Of a stretch of 64,000 nucleotides of DNA, positions 29,106 to 38,941 are shown in pieces; positions within the stretch are counted from its first letter, which is position 1, and every line of letters starts with the position of its first letter. The DNA is from an uncultured Actinomycetes bacterium (GTDB lineage Bacteria > Actinomycetota > Actinomycetes > S36-B12). Position numbers and translations under genes: made by a program. The notes beneath the pieces are model-generated. The model did no database searches. It was not told the DNA's origin and saw nothing but the letters and a program-made list of their open reading frames with translations. The stretch spans positions 254,098 to 318,097 of the forward strand of contig CAWJHN010000004.1 in the NCBI GenBank assembly GCA_963842725.1, read 5' to 3'.

Positions 29106-29666
29106 GTGCTGTCTCCTGACGGCTCGGGCGTCGAGGTGCCCGTACCCCTCCAACCGCTGTCCTGGCTCATCGGCCGGTGGGTCGGCGTCGGCACGGGTCA
29201 GTACCCGACCATCGACGACTTCCGATTCGGGCAGGAGGTCTCCTTCAGCACCGACGGCCGCCCCTTCCTGAGCTACGTGTCGCGCAGCTGGCTGCTCGAC
29301 GAGGACGGCAACCGGGTCAAGGCGCTGGCGACCGAGAGCGGCTACTGGCGTCCCCGTCCGGACAACGGCATCGAGGTCACGATGGCGCACCCGACCGGCT
29401 TCGCGGAGATCTGGCTGGGCCGGCAGGAGATCACCGGCATGGAGAACGCGACGATCACCGGTGCGCGGGCCGAACTGTCGACCGACGTCGTGACGCGGAC
29501 GGAGTCGGCCAAGGAGTACACGAGGGGCCATCGCCTCTACGGACTCGTCGAGGGCCGACTGCTCTGGACGTACGACATGGCGGCCGTCGGGCAGCCGCTG
29601 GTGAACCACCTGGCTGCGACGCTGCTCCCCGTCGGCACGCCGCCGGCAGAGGCGGGGTCGCCGTGA
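29106..29666 (+). CDS. Nitrobindin/FABP-like heme beta-barrel protein
   Basis: L.PL.WL.G.W.G.G.G.YPTI, ESGYWRP, RLYGLV, MAAVGQPLVNHL (heme His). Confidence 0.88.
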   Translation: MLSPDGSGVEVPVPLQPLSWLIGRWVGVGTGQYPTIDDFRFGQEVSFSTDGRPFLSYVSRSWLLDEDGNRVKALATESGYWRPRPDNGIEVTMAHPTGFAEIWLGRQEITGMENATITGARAELSTDVVTRTESAKEYTRGHRLYGLVEGRLLWTYDMAAVGQPLVNHLAATLLPVGTPPAEAGSP

Positions 29667-30109
29667 CCTCCGACTGGGAGCACCGCCTGCGCGATCACGG
29701 CTTCCGCATCACGCCGCAGCGTCAGCTGGTCCTCGAGGCCGTCGAGAGCCTGCGCCACGGCACGCCGGAGGCGATCCTCGTCGAGGTGCAGCGCACGGCG
29801 AGCGGGGTGAACCTGTCGACGATCTACCGCACGCTGGAGGTGCTCGAGGAGGTCGGGCTGGTGACCCACGCGCACATCGGCCACGGACCGCCCACGTATC
29901 ACGCCGTCGACGAAGAGGTCCACATCCACCTGGTGTGCGACCGCTGTGCCCGGGTGCTGAGCGTCCCGGCCGGCACGGCGGCGGAGTTCGTGAGCCGGCT
30001 CGACTCGGAGTTCGGGTTCCGCACCGATGTGTCGCACGTGTCCGTTCACGGCCTGTGCCGGTCCTGCCGGGATCGGGCTCTCGAGGTCGAGGCGGACGAG
30101 GAGCTGTGA
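29663..30109 (+). CDS. Fur-family regulator (Nur-like context)
   Basis: RITPQR, NLSTIYRTL, HAHIGHG, HIHLVCDRC, GLCRSC. Confidence 0.9.
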   Translation: MTSDWEHRLRDHGFRITPQRQLVLEAVESLRHGTPEAILVEVQRTASGVNLSTIYRTLEVLEEVGLVTHAHIGHGPPTYHAVDEEVHIHLVCDRCARVLSVPAGTAAEFVSRLDSEFGFRTDVSHVSVHGLCRSCRDRALEVEADEEL

Positions 30110-31146
30110 CGGGCGGCAGTCCGGGGGCCGTGCCGGCGCCACCAGGCGATCCCGACGAGGGTGTCCCGTGGCACTACGGCGACCCGCATCGCGAGCAGCG
30201 ACTCCTCGAGGCAGGCGAGGCGATCGTCGACATCTCGAACCGGGGCGTCGTGACCGTCGGCGGGCCGGACCGGCTCTCCTGGCTGCACAGCCTCACCACC
30301 CAGCACCTCGAGGGCCTTGCCCCGCACGGCTCCTCGCTGGCGCTGATCCTGAGCCCCCACGGGCATGTCGAGCAGGAGCTGCACCTGGTCGACGACGGCC
30401 GGCAGACCTGGATCATCGTGCCGCCGGGCATGGCCGCGAGCCTGATCGCCCACCTGCGCTCGATGCAGTTCATGCTCCGGGTCGAGGTGCGCGATGTCTC
30501 GGACGACTTCGCGGTGGTCTGGGAGCCGGTGTGGGCACCCGATCCGAATGCCGAGACCTGGCTGGTGCCGGCCGATTTCGCGGGGACCGGTCGGGTCGAC
30601 GCCGGAGCCGATCGCGGTGGCGACGCCAGTCGGTATGTCGCTGAGCGGCCGGCCGCCTTCGCCGGTCGCGAGGTGATCGTCCGGCGGTCCGACCTCGAGT
30701 CGCGGATGGCTGCGGCCGGGGCGAGGGCGGGCAGCTGGGCGCTGGAGGCCGTGCGGATTGCGGCTGCCGTGCCGCGGTTCGGGCTGGAGACCGACCATCG
30801 CACGTTGCCTCACGAGGTCGGCTGGATCGGCCCCGGGGTGCATCTGGCCAAGGGCTGCTATCGCGGGCAGGAGGCGGTGGCCCGCGTGCACAACCTCGGT
30901 CATGCGCCACGGCGACTGGTGCTGCTGCACCTCGACGGCAGCGAGGGCCACCTGCCCCGCCACGGCGACCCGGTCATCGTGGACGGCCGGGAGGCGGGCT
31001 GGGTCGGCTCGGCCGCGCGCCACTACGAGCTCGGTCCGGTGGCCACGGCCGTCGTCCGCCGGTCCACGCCGACTGACCTGCCGGCCGTGGTGCGCACCGC
31101 CGAGGGCGAGGTCGCGGCGACGATGGAGACGGTCGTCCTGCCGTAG
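30106..31146 (+). CDS. ygfZ: YgfZ/GcvT-like folate-binding protein
   Basis: WHYGDP.REQR, DRLSWLHSL, KGCYRGQE signature. Confidence 0.9.
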   Translation: MTGGSPGAVPAPPGDPDEGVPWHYGDPHREQRLLEAGEAIVDISNRGVVTVGGPDRLSWLHSLTTQHLEGLAPHGSSLALILSPHGHVEQELHLVDDGRQTWIIVPPGMAASLIAHLRSMQFMLRVEVRDVSDDFAVVWEPVWAPDPNAETWLVPADFAGTGRVDAGADRGGDASRYVAERPAAFAGREVIVRRSDLESRMAAAGARAGSWALEAVRIAAAVPRFGLETDHRTLPHEVGWIGPGVHLAKGCYRGQEAVARVHNLGHAPRRLVLLHLDGSEGHLPRHGDPVIVDGREAGWVGSAARHYELGPVATAVVRRSTPTDLPAVVRTAEGEVAATMETVVLP

Positions 31147-31153
31147 CGGTGCC

Positions 31154-31621
31154 TCAGTCGACGATGTCGAGCACCATCGTCATCGGCCCGTCGTTCGTCA
31201 GCCGGACCTGCATGTCGGCTCCGAAGACACCCGTCACGACCTCCGCTTGACGCTCCCGTAGGCGCGCGACCACCGCGGTGACCAGGGGCTCGGCGACCGG
31301 GCGAGGTGCTGCGGCGTCCCATGTCGGGCGTCGACCCTTTCGGGTGTCGCCGTACAGCGTGAACTGGCTGACCACCAGCACCGGAAGACCGAGGTCGGCG
31401 GCCGACACCTCGCGCGCCGTGGGTGTCGACGGGTCGCTCGCGTGCTCCGGCCCGAAGATCCGCAGGTCGTACAGCTTGTCGGCCAGGCGCCCGGCCCGGG
31501 CCACCGTGTCGTCGTGGGTGACGCCGACGAGCACGACCAGTCCCGGACCCCGGAACTCGCCCACGACGTCGCCCTCCACTGTCACCCGGGCGTCCCGGGC
31601 GCGCTGAACCACTGCTCGCAT
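31154..31621 (-). CDS. dtd: D-aminoacyl-tRNA deacylase
   Basis: MRAVVQR, SQFTL, KGRRP, FGADMQV.L.NDGP. Confidence 0.95.
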   Translation of the reverse strand: MRAVVQRARDARVTVEGDVVGEFRGPGLVVLVGVTHDDTVARAGRLADKLYDLRIFGPEHASDPSTPTAREVSAADLGLPVLVVSQFTLYGDTRKGRRPTWDAAAPRPVAEPLVTAVVARLRERQAEVVTGVFGADMQVRLTNDGPMTMVLDIVD

Positions 31622-31647
31622 GGTGTGCAGCGTGCCATCATTCGCCC

Positions 31648-32598
31648 GTGACTCATGACCGCCCCGCCGTCCTGGCCACCTACGTGCGCAGCGGCTTCAC
31701 CGAGGGCCACCACTATGGCCATGCGGTCGTGGTCGACCCGAGCGGCGCGGTGATCCGCTCCTGGGGCGACCCGGGGCACCAGATCTTCCCGCGGTCGTCG
31801 AACAAGCCGGTGCAGGCGATGGCCATGGTCCGGCACGGATTGGACGTGCCCGACGAGTTGCGGGCCCTGGCCGCGTCCTCGCACAGCGGCGAGGACTTCC
31901 ACCTCGCCGGCGTGCGTGCCCTCCTGTCGGGCGCCGGCCTCTCGGAGGACGCCCTCCAGACCCCGTCCGACCTGCCGCTCGACCCGGTCGAGCGCGACGG
32001 ATGGCTGGCGGCGGGTCGTGCTCCGCGGCCGATCGCCATGAACTGCTCGGGGAAGCACGCCGCGATGCTCCATACCTGCGTCGTCAACGGCTGGTCGCTG
32101 GCCGACTACCGCGACGCCGCTCACCCCCTTCAGGTGGCGATCCGTGAGCAGCTGGAGTCGATGGCCGGTGAGCGCGTCGCCCACGTCGGCGTCGACGGCT
32201 GCGGTGCCCCGGTCCTGTCCGTGTCGCTCGCGGGGCTGGCCCGGTCCCTGTCGTCCGGTGCGCAGGCTTCGCCCGGCACGCCGGGTCGGCTGGTGGTGGA
32301 CGCGATGATCCGGCACCCCGAATGGGTGGGCGGCACGCGTCGCGACGTGACCGCCTTCATGCGCGCGGTGCCCGGACTCGTGGCCAAGGACGGGGCTGAA
32401 GGCGTCTACGTCGCTGCGCTCCCCGACGGCACCGCGGTCGCGGTGAAGATCGACGACGGTTCGGACCGGGCTCGGCAGGTGGTGCTGGCCGCGATCCTGG
32501 GCTCGCTGGGCGGGTGGGGGCCGGACCTGGAGAGGCTGGCGACGATCCCGGTGCACGGTGGTGGCCTCGTCGTGGGGCGCATCTCGGCGACCATCTGA
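31648..32598 (+). CDS. L-asparaginase II family protein
   Basis: RSSNKP.Q, ASSHSGE, NCSGKH, DGCGAP, AKDGAEG, KIDDG. Confidence 0.9.
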   Translation: MTHDRPAVLATYVRSGFTEGHHYGHAVVVDPSGAVIRSWGDPGHQIFPRSSNKPVQAMAMVRHGLDVPDELRALAASSHSGEDFHLAGVRALLSGAGLSEDALQTPSDLPLDPVERDGWLAAGRAPRPIAMNCSGKHAAMLHTCVVNGWSLADYRDAAHPLQVAIREQLESMAGERVAHVGVDGCGAPVLSVSLAGLARSLSSGAQASPGTPGRLVVDAMIRHPEWVGGTRRDVTAFMRAVPGLVAKDGAEGVYVAALPDGTAVAVKIDDGSDRARQVVLAAILGSLGGWGPDLERLATIPVHGGGLVVGRISATI

Positions 32599-32640
32599 CC
32601 GGTGGGTGATCCTTCTCACGCTAACTGCTGCTAGCAGTGG

Positions 32641-32671
32641 TGTTTGCATTTGCAAGCACTTGGGGCATACT
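32641..32671 (+). promoter_or_regulatory. Leaderless promoter with an overlapping imperfect palindrome (TGTTTGCA-TT-TGCAAGCA)
   Basis: TTGCAT (32644) -16- CATACT (32666), 6 nt before ATG 32678; the palindrome covers the -35 element. Confidence 0.5.
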
Positions 32672-32677
32672 GGGGGC

Positions 32678-33130
32678 ATGGCGCGAATCGATGTGAGCGG
32701 TCTCGGGGGGTTCATCCGCGAGCAGCGCGATCAGGCGCAGATGTCCGTCCGTCAACTCGCCAAGGCGGCGGACGTCTCCAATCCCTACCTCAGTCAGGTC
32801 GAGCGCGGCCTGCGCCGGCCGAGCGCGGAGATCCTCAACCGGATCGCGCAGGGCCTGCGGATATCCGCCGAGACCCTGTACGTGCAGGCCGGGATCCTCG
32901 ACCAGCGCGATGGCGACGAGTCCGTGACCACGGCGATCGCAGCCGACACGACCATCACCGAACGGCAGCGCACGACCCTGCTGCAGATCTACGCGGCGTT
33001 CCAGTCCGAGAACTCGGCCCAGGCCGAGCGAGAGGCAGCGGCCAGGGCCGAAGCCGAGGCCGAGCGGGCGAACGTCGAGCAAGCGTCCGATGAAGAACAC
33101 CTGAAGGAAGACCGAGAGGAAGTTCGATGA
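32678..33130 (+). CDS. XRE-family HTH regulator (Rv0474-like)
   Basis: LGGFIREQR, SNPYLSQVERGLRRPSAEIL, ISAETLYVQAGIL. Confidence 0.9.
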   Translation: MARIDVSGLGGFIREQRDQAQMSVRQLAKAADVSNPYLSQVERGLRRPSAEILNRIAQGLRISAETLYVQAGILDQRDGDESVTTAIAADTTITERQRTTLLQIYAAFQSENSAQAEREAAARAEAEAERANVEQASDEEHLKEDREEVR

Positions 33131-33615
33131 CCACCGAGAACACCCCCGCCCACCCGACGACCCGCGTGAAGAAGACCTCCGCGAAGGCGGCCGCGACGGC
33201 GAAGACCACGACGACCAAGGCAGCCGAGGCTGCCAAGGCGACCACGACCAAGGCGGCCAGCACCGCCAAGACGACGACCGCGAAGGCCGCCACGGCTGCC
33301 AAGGCCACCACGACCAAGGCCGCCGGGGCTGCTCAGGACGCGGGCACGCGCTTCGGGCTGCCGAAGGTCGAGATGCCCAAGTTCGAGATGCCGAAGGTCG
33401 ACATGCCCAAGTTCGAGATGCCGAAGATCGACATGCCGAAGGTGAAGCTGCCCGAGGTCAAGATGCCCGAGTTCAGCATGCCGGACGTGCACATGCCCGC
33501 CGTCCATCTGCCCGACATGGGGCCGACCAAGGACCGCGTGACGGATGCCGCCCGGAGCGTGAAGGGCAACGTCACCCACACCGTCGCCCTGATCCGCGAG
33601 GCCGTCGGCGTCTGA
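33127..33615 (+). CDS. Low-complexity repeat protein (11-mer K/A/T repeats plus P-K-x-x-M pentapeptide repeats)
   Basis: GAGGA RBS, ATGA coupling to the XRE gene, GC3-rich codons, downstream terminator. Confidence 0.8.
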   Translation: MTTENTPAHPTTRVKKTSAKAAATAKTTTTKAAEAAKATTTKAASTAKTTTAKAATAAKATTTKAAGAAQDAGTRFGLPKVEMPKFEMPKVDMPKFEMPKIDMPKVKLPEVKMPEFSMPDVHMPAVHLPDMGPTKDRVTDAARSVKGNVTHTVALIREAVGV

Positions 33616-33641
33616 CGCCCACCGGTCCGCACATCGGACGA

Positions 33642-33677
33642 ACGAGGGGGACGCACCGCGAGGTGCGTCCCCCTCGT
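33642..33677 (+). terminator. Stem-loop terminator (16-bp stem, GCGA tetraloop)
   Basis: acgagggggacgcacc-gcga-ggtgcgtccccctcgt. Confidence 0.75.
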
Positions 33678-33733
33678 GCATCCCGCGGTCACGTCCATGG
33701 GCGCCATCTCCCGGGGTGCATTACCGTGGTGGG

Positions 33734-34021
33734 ATGTTCGACACCGTTCAGGGCCTGGTCCTGCTGGCCGTCTGGGTCGTGACGTTCGCGGCCAAGGCGT
33801 ATGCCTTCATCGACTGCATCCGCCGACCCGCTCAGGCCTTCCCCGCGGTCGGCCGGCAGAGCAAGCCCCTGTGGCTGATCCTCACCGGCCTGGCGGCGGC
33901 GACCGGGTTCTTCTGGGGCCTGACGCTGACCATCTTCGGGCTGGCCGGCATCGTGATCGCCCTCGTCTACCTCTTCGACGTGCGGACGCGCATCATCGAC
34001 ATCATGTCCAACCGCTGGTAG
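33734..34021 (+). CDS. DUF2516 membrane protein
   Basis: AF.AVGRQSKPLWL.., VYLFDVR; TACCGT -10 6 nt upstream. Confidence 0.85.
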   Translation: MFDTVQGLVLLAVWVVTFAAKAYAFIDCIRRPAQAFPAVGRQSKPLWLILTGLAAATGFFWGLTLTIFGLAGIVIALVYLFDVRTRIIDIMSNRW

Positions 34022-34023
34022 CC

Positions 34024-34557
34024 GTGCTCATCGAGGCCGTCCTCGGCGACATCACCGCCCAGGGCACCGACGTCATCGTCAACGCCGCGAACAGCTCCCT
34101 CCTCGGCGGCGGTGGAGTCGACGGGGCCATCCACGCCGCCGCCGGGCCGGACCTTCAGGCCGAGTGCCGCCTCATCCGGCAGACCGAGCTGCCGGGCGGC
34201 CTGCCCGTCGGTGACGCCATCGCGACGGGGGCCGGCGACCTCGCCGCTGCCTTCGTGATCCACACGGTCGGTCCGCGGCGCTCGGAGCACCCCGATGGCG
34301 GTCGCACGCTGCTGGCCGCCTGCCACCGCCGCAGCCTCGAGGTGGCCGACGGGCTGGAGGCGACGTCGATCGCCTTCCCGGCAATCTCCTGCGGTGCCTT
34401 CGGCTGGACCGCGCACGATGCGGCGCCGGTCGCGATCGGCGCCGTGCGCGACTACGCGGCCGGTCATCCCGACTCGGGCATCACGCTGGTGCGCTTCGTG
34501 CTCTTCGACCGGGACGCGCAGTCGGCGTTCGCGGCCGTCGTCACGTCCGACCGGTAG
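34024..34557 (+). CDS. Macro-domain O-acetyl-ADP-ribose deacetylase
   Basis: GDIT, NAANSSLLGGGGVDGAIH, VIHTVGP, FPAISCG. Confidence 0.92.
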   Translation: MLIEAVLGDITAQGTDVIVNAANSSLLGGGGVDGAIHAAAGPDLQAECRLIRQTELPGGLPVGDAIATGAGDLAAAFVIHTVGPRRSEHPDGGRTLLAACHRRSLEVADGLEATSIAFPAISCGAFGWTAHDAAPVAIGAVRDYAAGHPDSGITLVRFVLFDRDAQSAFAAVVTSDR

Positions 34558-34585
34558 GGCGCGTCAGCCGTGACCGCAAGAGGGA

Positions 34586-35311
34586 TCAGCCGTCCAGTGC
34601 GATGCGGATGCGCCGAAAGCCCTTGCCCTTGCTCTCGACCTTGACGACGCGCATGGCGCCGATCTGCCGCGTGGAAGCAACGTGTGTGCCGCCGTCGGCC
34701 TGGACATCGAGGCCGCTGATGTCGACGATGCGCACGATCTCGATGCTCGGCGGCAGCAGGTTCGTCGCGGTGCGGATCACGTCGGGGATGGCCAGGGCCT
34801 CGTCCCGGGGCAGCTCGTAGGCCGATATCGCCCGGTCGGTCGCCACCTCGGCGTTGCAGGCGGCCTCGACGGACTCCTTGAACCCGGCCGGAACCTCGTC
34901 GAGGTCGAAGTCGAGGCGGCCGATGAGCGGATCCATGTTCGATCCGGTGACCAGGGCGCCGAAGTCGCGGAACACGACTCCCGAGAGCAGGTGGAGTCCG
35001 GAGTGCGTGCGCATGAGTGCCGTCCGGCGCTCGTCCTCGACCGAGCACGCGACGACCGTGCCGATCGGCGGCAGCGGGTCGTCCTCGGCCGCGATCAGCC
35101 AGAGGTCGTCCCTTCGTCGCACGTCGACGATCCGGGTCTGGACGCCACCCCACAGCAGGACGCCATGGTCAGGAGGCTGACCGCCGCCGCCCGGGTAGAA
35201 CGCCGAGCGGTCGAGCACGATCCCCTCGTCGCGATCGCTGGCGAGCACGGTGGCCGGCCACGCGCGCACCGACGAGTCCGCGAGTTCGAGGCGGTTCGTG
35301 CGCCCCTGCAT
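34586..35311 (-). CDS. Stand-alone alanyl-tRNA editing protein (AlaX-M type)
   Basis: FYPGGGGQPPDHG, MRTHSGLH, QADGGTHV, KGKGFRR. Confidence 0.9.
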   Translation of the reverse strand: MQGRTNRLELADSSVRAWPATVLASDRDEGIVLDRSAFYPGGGGQPPDHGVLLWGGVQTRIVDVRRRDDLWLIAAEDDPLPPIGTVVACSVEDERRTALMRTHSGLHLLSGVVFRDFGALVTGSNMDPLIGRLDFDLDEVPAGFKESVEAACNAEVATDRAISAYELPRDEALAIPDVIRTATNLLPPSIEIVRIVDISGLDVQADGGTHVASTRQIGAMRVVKVESKGKGFRRIRIALDG

Positions 35312-35340
35312 CGAACCGCCCATCGACGTGCGACTCCCTG

Positions 35341-36108
35341 CTACTTCTTGCCCTGGGCCGCGACCGCCGCGACTGCCGTGGCCGCCGCCTCCGGATCCAG
35401 GTACTCCCCGCCCGGGACGATGGGCTTGAGGTTCTCGTCGAGCCGGTACACGAGCGGGATGCCGGTCGGGATGTTCAGGCCGGCGATGTCCGCGTCGGAG
35501 ATGCCGTCGAGGTGCTTGACGAGCGCGCGGAGCGAGTTGCCGTGCGCCACCACGAGGACGGTCTGACCGGCCCGCAGGTGCTCCGCCACGATGACGTCCT
35601 GCCAGTAGGGGATGAGCCGCCTGACCACGTCGGCAAGGCACTCGGTGGCCGGGTTGGCTTCGGGGGGCAGCGCCGCATAGCGGGCGTCGTGCGTCTGCGC
35701 CCAGGGGTCCTCGGGATCGATGGCCGGGGGAGGCGTGTCGTACGACCGGCGCCAGAGCATGAACTGCTCCTCGCCATACGCCTCGAGGGTCTCCTTCTTG
35801 TTCTTGCCCTGCAGCGCGCCGTAGTGACGCTCGTTCAGTCGCCAGTTGCGGACCACCGGGAGCCACATGCGGTCGCAGGCCTCGAGGGCGATCTGCGCGG
35901 TCTTGATGGCGCGCTTCAGCAGGGACGTCAGCACCACGTCGGGCAGGAGGCCCGCCTCGGCGAGCAGCTCGCCGCCCCGCTTCGCCTCGGCCAGGCCCTT
36001 CTCGTTCAGGTCGACGTCGACCCAGCCGGTGAACAGGTTCTTGGCGTTCCACTCGCTCTCGCCGTGACGGAGCAGGATCAGGGTGTAGGGGGCAGCCGCA
36101 TTCGTCAT
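35341..36108 (-). CDS. gpmA: 2,3-BPG-dependent phosphoglycerate mutase
   Basis: [35 protein letters not shown]. Confidence 0.96.
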   Translation of the reverse strand: MTNAAAPYTLILLRHGESEWNAKNLFTGWVDVDLNEKGLAEAKRGGELLAEAGLLPDVVLTSLLKRAIKTAQIALEACDRMWLPVVRNWRLNERHYGALQGKNKKETLEAYGEEQFMLWRRSYDTPPPAIDPEDPWAQTHDARYAALPPEANPATECLADVVRRLIPYWQDVIVAEHLRAGQTVLVVAHGNSLRALVKHLDGISDADIAGLNIPTGIPLVYRLDENLKPIVPGGEYLDPEAAATAVAAVAAQGKK

Positions 36109-36112
36109 GAGG

Positions 36113-36649
36113 TCATCCTGCCGCATCCGGCCCGGGCACCTCGTGGCGTGTGCCGATGACCGGCTCGGAGAGATGGGCGAAGGCGGCGAGGTTCGCCGTC
36201 GACTCGCCGCGGGACTGCCGCCATGCCCATTCGCGCCGGATCGCGGTGGCGAATCCCATCTCGAGGATGGCGTTGAACGAGCTGTCGGCGTTGTCCAGCA
36301 CGGCACCGATGATCTGATCGAGCCCCTCGGCGTTGACGGCACCCAGCGGCAGCCGGCCGACAAGGTAGATGTCGCCCAGCTCATCGAGGGCGAAGCCCAC
36401 GGCGAACATGCGGGCATTGCGACGTAGGAGCCACCGGTAGACGTCCTCGCGGTTCTCGTCGGGATTGCGCGCGACGAAGGCGACCACGGCGACGGCACGC
36501 TCGCCGATGATCACCGATGTCGCGGTCCGGAGCTTGCGGGTCCCCGGCAGGCTCAGCACGTACGAGCGCGGACCGACCATCTCGTGCTCGAGGCCGGTCT
36601 CGGCGAGGAATGCCAGCAGGACCGCCTCGGCGTCGTCCGCCTGGGTCAC
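36113..36649 (-). CDS. YbjN-domain protein
   Basis: [40 protein letters not shown]; between mshA and gpmA. Confidence 0.85.
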   Translation of the reverse strand: MTQADDAEAVLLAFLAETGLEHEMVGPRSYVLSLPGTRKLRTATSVIIGERAVAVVAFVARNPDENREDVYRWLLRRNARMFAVGFALDELGDIYLVGRLPLGAVNAEGLDQIIGAVLDNADSSFNAILEMGFATAIRREWAWRQSRGESTANLAAFAHLSEPVIGTRHEVPGPDAAG

Positions 36650-37959
36650 GGGCCTACGGCGGCGAGGCGCTGACCCGCACCCGAGTTGACCAGCGCCGCC
36701 GAGTAGCTGCACATGAGGCCGGCCGTGGTGGTCGCCCACCCGAACGCGGCCGCGTGCATCCGCGCACCGTGGGACAGCTCCTCGCGCAGACGCGGCTCGC
36801 GCACGATCCGCGCGATCGCATGGGCGAAGTCCCGTGGGTCATGCCCGTCGACGAGGATCCCGCTCACCGCGTCGGCCACCGCCGTGCGCAGTCCGCCGAC
36901 CGAGGCCGCCACGACGGGTGTTCCGCAGGCCTGGGCCTCCACGGCCACGAGGCCGAACGACTCCGAGTAGGACGGAACCACCGCGACGTCGGCGGCCCGG
37001 TACCAGTCGGCCAGCTCGTCGCGGCCGGACGGCGGCTCGAACCGCACCACGTCGGCGATGCCGAGCTGGTGGGCGAGGTCGACCAGGCCCGTCGGCTGGT
37101 CCAGCCCGCTGCCGGAGGGGCCACCGCACACCACCACGACGAGGCGCTCCCGAATCGCCGGATCGACCGCGATCATCTCGGCGGCGGCGCGCAGCAGGAT
37201 GTCCGGAGCCTTCAGCGGCTGGATCCGCCCGACGAAGAGCAGCACCGTGGCGTCCGGTGCCAGTCCGTGCCGGCGCCGCGCGGCCGATCGGTCACCCGGG
37301 CGGAACACCTCCAGGTCGACGCCGGGATGGACGACGTCGACCGCCGAGGGATCTGCCCCGTACAGGGTGACCAGCTCGTGGGCCTCGTCGTCGGTGTTCG
37401 CGATGAGCCGGTCGGAAGCGGCCACGACCTGCTCCTCGCCGATGACGCGCATCGCCGGCTCGGGCGCATCGCCCTCCGCCAGGTCGCGGTTCTTGACCTT
37501 GGCCATGGTGTGCATCGAGTGCACCAGCGGGACGTTCCAGCGCTCCTTGGACAGCCAGCCGACCTGCCCAGACAGCCAGTAGTGGGAGTGGATCAGGTCG
37601 AACCAGCCCTCGGGCCGGGCGGCCTCGGCCCGCATGACGCCGGCGGTCACCGCGCACAGCTGACCGGGCAGGTCCTGCTTGAGCAGCCCCTCGAAGGGAC
37701 CGGCGGTGACGTGGCGGATGGTGACGCCGGGGGAGAGCTCCACCACCGGCGGCAGGGCGGAGGACGTGGCCCGGGTGAAGACCTCGACCTCGATGCCGGA
37801 CTCGGCGAGTCGGCGGGCCGTCTCGACCACGTAGACGTTCATGCCACCGGCGTCACCCGTGCCGGGCTGGTCGAGCGGCGAGGTGTGGATCGACAGCACC
37901 GCGATGCGCCGTGGCAGCGGTGCCCTGCGGATCGCCGACAGTCGCGCGGGTGCGGTCAT
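36646..37959 (-). CDS. mshA: D-inositol-3-phosphate glycosyltransferase
   Basis: [52 protein letters not shown]. Confidence 0.96.
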   Translation of the reverse strand: MTAPARLSAIRRAPLPRRIAVLSIHTSPLDQPGTGDAGGMNVYVVETARRLAESGIEVEVFTRATSSALPPVVELSPGVTIRHVTAGPFEGLLKQDLPGQLCAVTAGVMRAEAARPEGWFDLIHSHYWLSGQVGWLSKERWNVPLVHSMHTMAKVKNRDLAEGDAPEPAMRVIGEEQVVAASDRLIANTDDEAHELVTLYGADPSAVDVVHPGVDLEVFRPGDRSAARRRHGLAPDATVLLFVGRIQPLKAPDILLRAAAEMIAVDPAIRERLVVVVCGGPSGSGLDQPTGLVDLAHQLGIADVVRFEPPSGRDELADWYRAADVAVVPSYSESFGLVAVEAQACGTPVVAASVGGLRTAVADAVSGILVDGHDPRDFAHAIARIVREPRLREELSHGARMHAAAFGWATTTAGLMCSYSAALVNSGAGQRLAAVGP

Positions 37960-38091
37960 GTGTGCTCACCGCCCCTCGTCGACCCTGCTCGATGTGGCAG
38001 GCAACCGACGAGAAGTCTGGACTATTCCGGCCCGATCGGCCACCTGAGGGGAGCGCGCCCGCCGGCCGAGGCCGATTGCCCGGGACAGTGC

Positions 38092-38748
38092 TCAGAGCGT
38101 GACGCCGACGTACGGCTCGCCCGTCACGATCGTGACGACCCGGCGGGTCACGGACACGGCGTGGTCGGCGTACCTCTCGTAGTACCGCGACAGGAGGGTC
38201 ACGTCGATCGCGGCCTCGACGCCGTGGGTCCACGAGGGTGACAGGACGATCGTGAACAGCTCGCGATGCAGGCGGTCCATCTCCTGGTCGTGCCGTGCGA
38301 TGTCGGCGCCGAGGGTGACGTCGCGTGTTGCGATGACCGAGCCCGTCTTGGACACGATGGCCTCAGCGAGACCGCCCATCTCGGCGAAGGTCGCCCTCAG
38401 CTCCTGGGGGACCGACGGCCGCGGGTAGCGGAGCCTGGCCTGCTTGGCCACGTGCTCGGCCAGGTCGCCCATGCGCTCCAGGGACGCGGCGATCCGCAGG
38501 GACCCGATGACGACCCGCAGGTCGCTGGCCACCGGGTGCTGCAGGGCGATCAGGTCGAAGCACTGCTCCTCGACGTCCGCGGTCAGGGTGTCGATCTGAG
38601 CGTCCGCATCGATCACGGCCTCGGCCAGCCCCAGGTCGGCGTCGAGGAGGGCCTGCGTGGCCCGGTTCATGGCGGACCCGACGATTCTCGTCATCTGCAC
38701 CAGCTCGCCGTAGACCGTGTCCAACTGCTCCTGCTGGGTCGCTCTCAT
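38092..38748 (-). CDS. phoU: Phosphate signalling protein PhoU
   Basis: Q.PVASDLR, LERMGDLA.H.AK, RYYERYADHA. Confidence 0.94.
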   Translation of the reverse strand: MRATQQEQLDTVYGELVQMTRIVGSAMNRATQALLDADLGLAEAVIDADAQIDTLTADVEEQCFDLIALQHPVASDLRVVIGSLRIAASLERMGDLAEHVAKQARLRYPRPSVPQELRATFAEMGGLAEAIVSKTGSVIATRDVTLGADIARHDQEMDRLHRELFTIVLSPSWTHGVEAAIDVTLLSRYYERYADHAVSVTRRVVTIVTGEPYVGVTL

Positions 38749-38821
38749 GCGGTCGGGCTCCTTCGTCCGGGCTGCGAGACCGCCACCATATGCCCGTGGG
38801 TGGGCGATCCGTTGCCTCGAG

Positions 38822-38869
38822 ATGAACGGCGACCGACGTCCGGATGAACACATGGTGGAGCAGGTGAAC
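38822..38869 (-). promoter_or_regulatory. Candidate PHO box (RegX3/PhoP direct repeats GTTCAY)
   Basis: ATGAAC at 38822 and 38844 (22 nt apart), GTGGAG at 38855 (+11), GTGAAC at 38864, in the phoU/senX3 divergent region. Confidence 0.55.
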
Positions 38870-38941
38870 GTCCGGAGAATCATTCGGCTGCCCGGGGGCC
38901 GATCGTCCGGAGCATCGCGACCGTGCTCCTATCCTTGCCAT

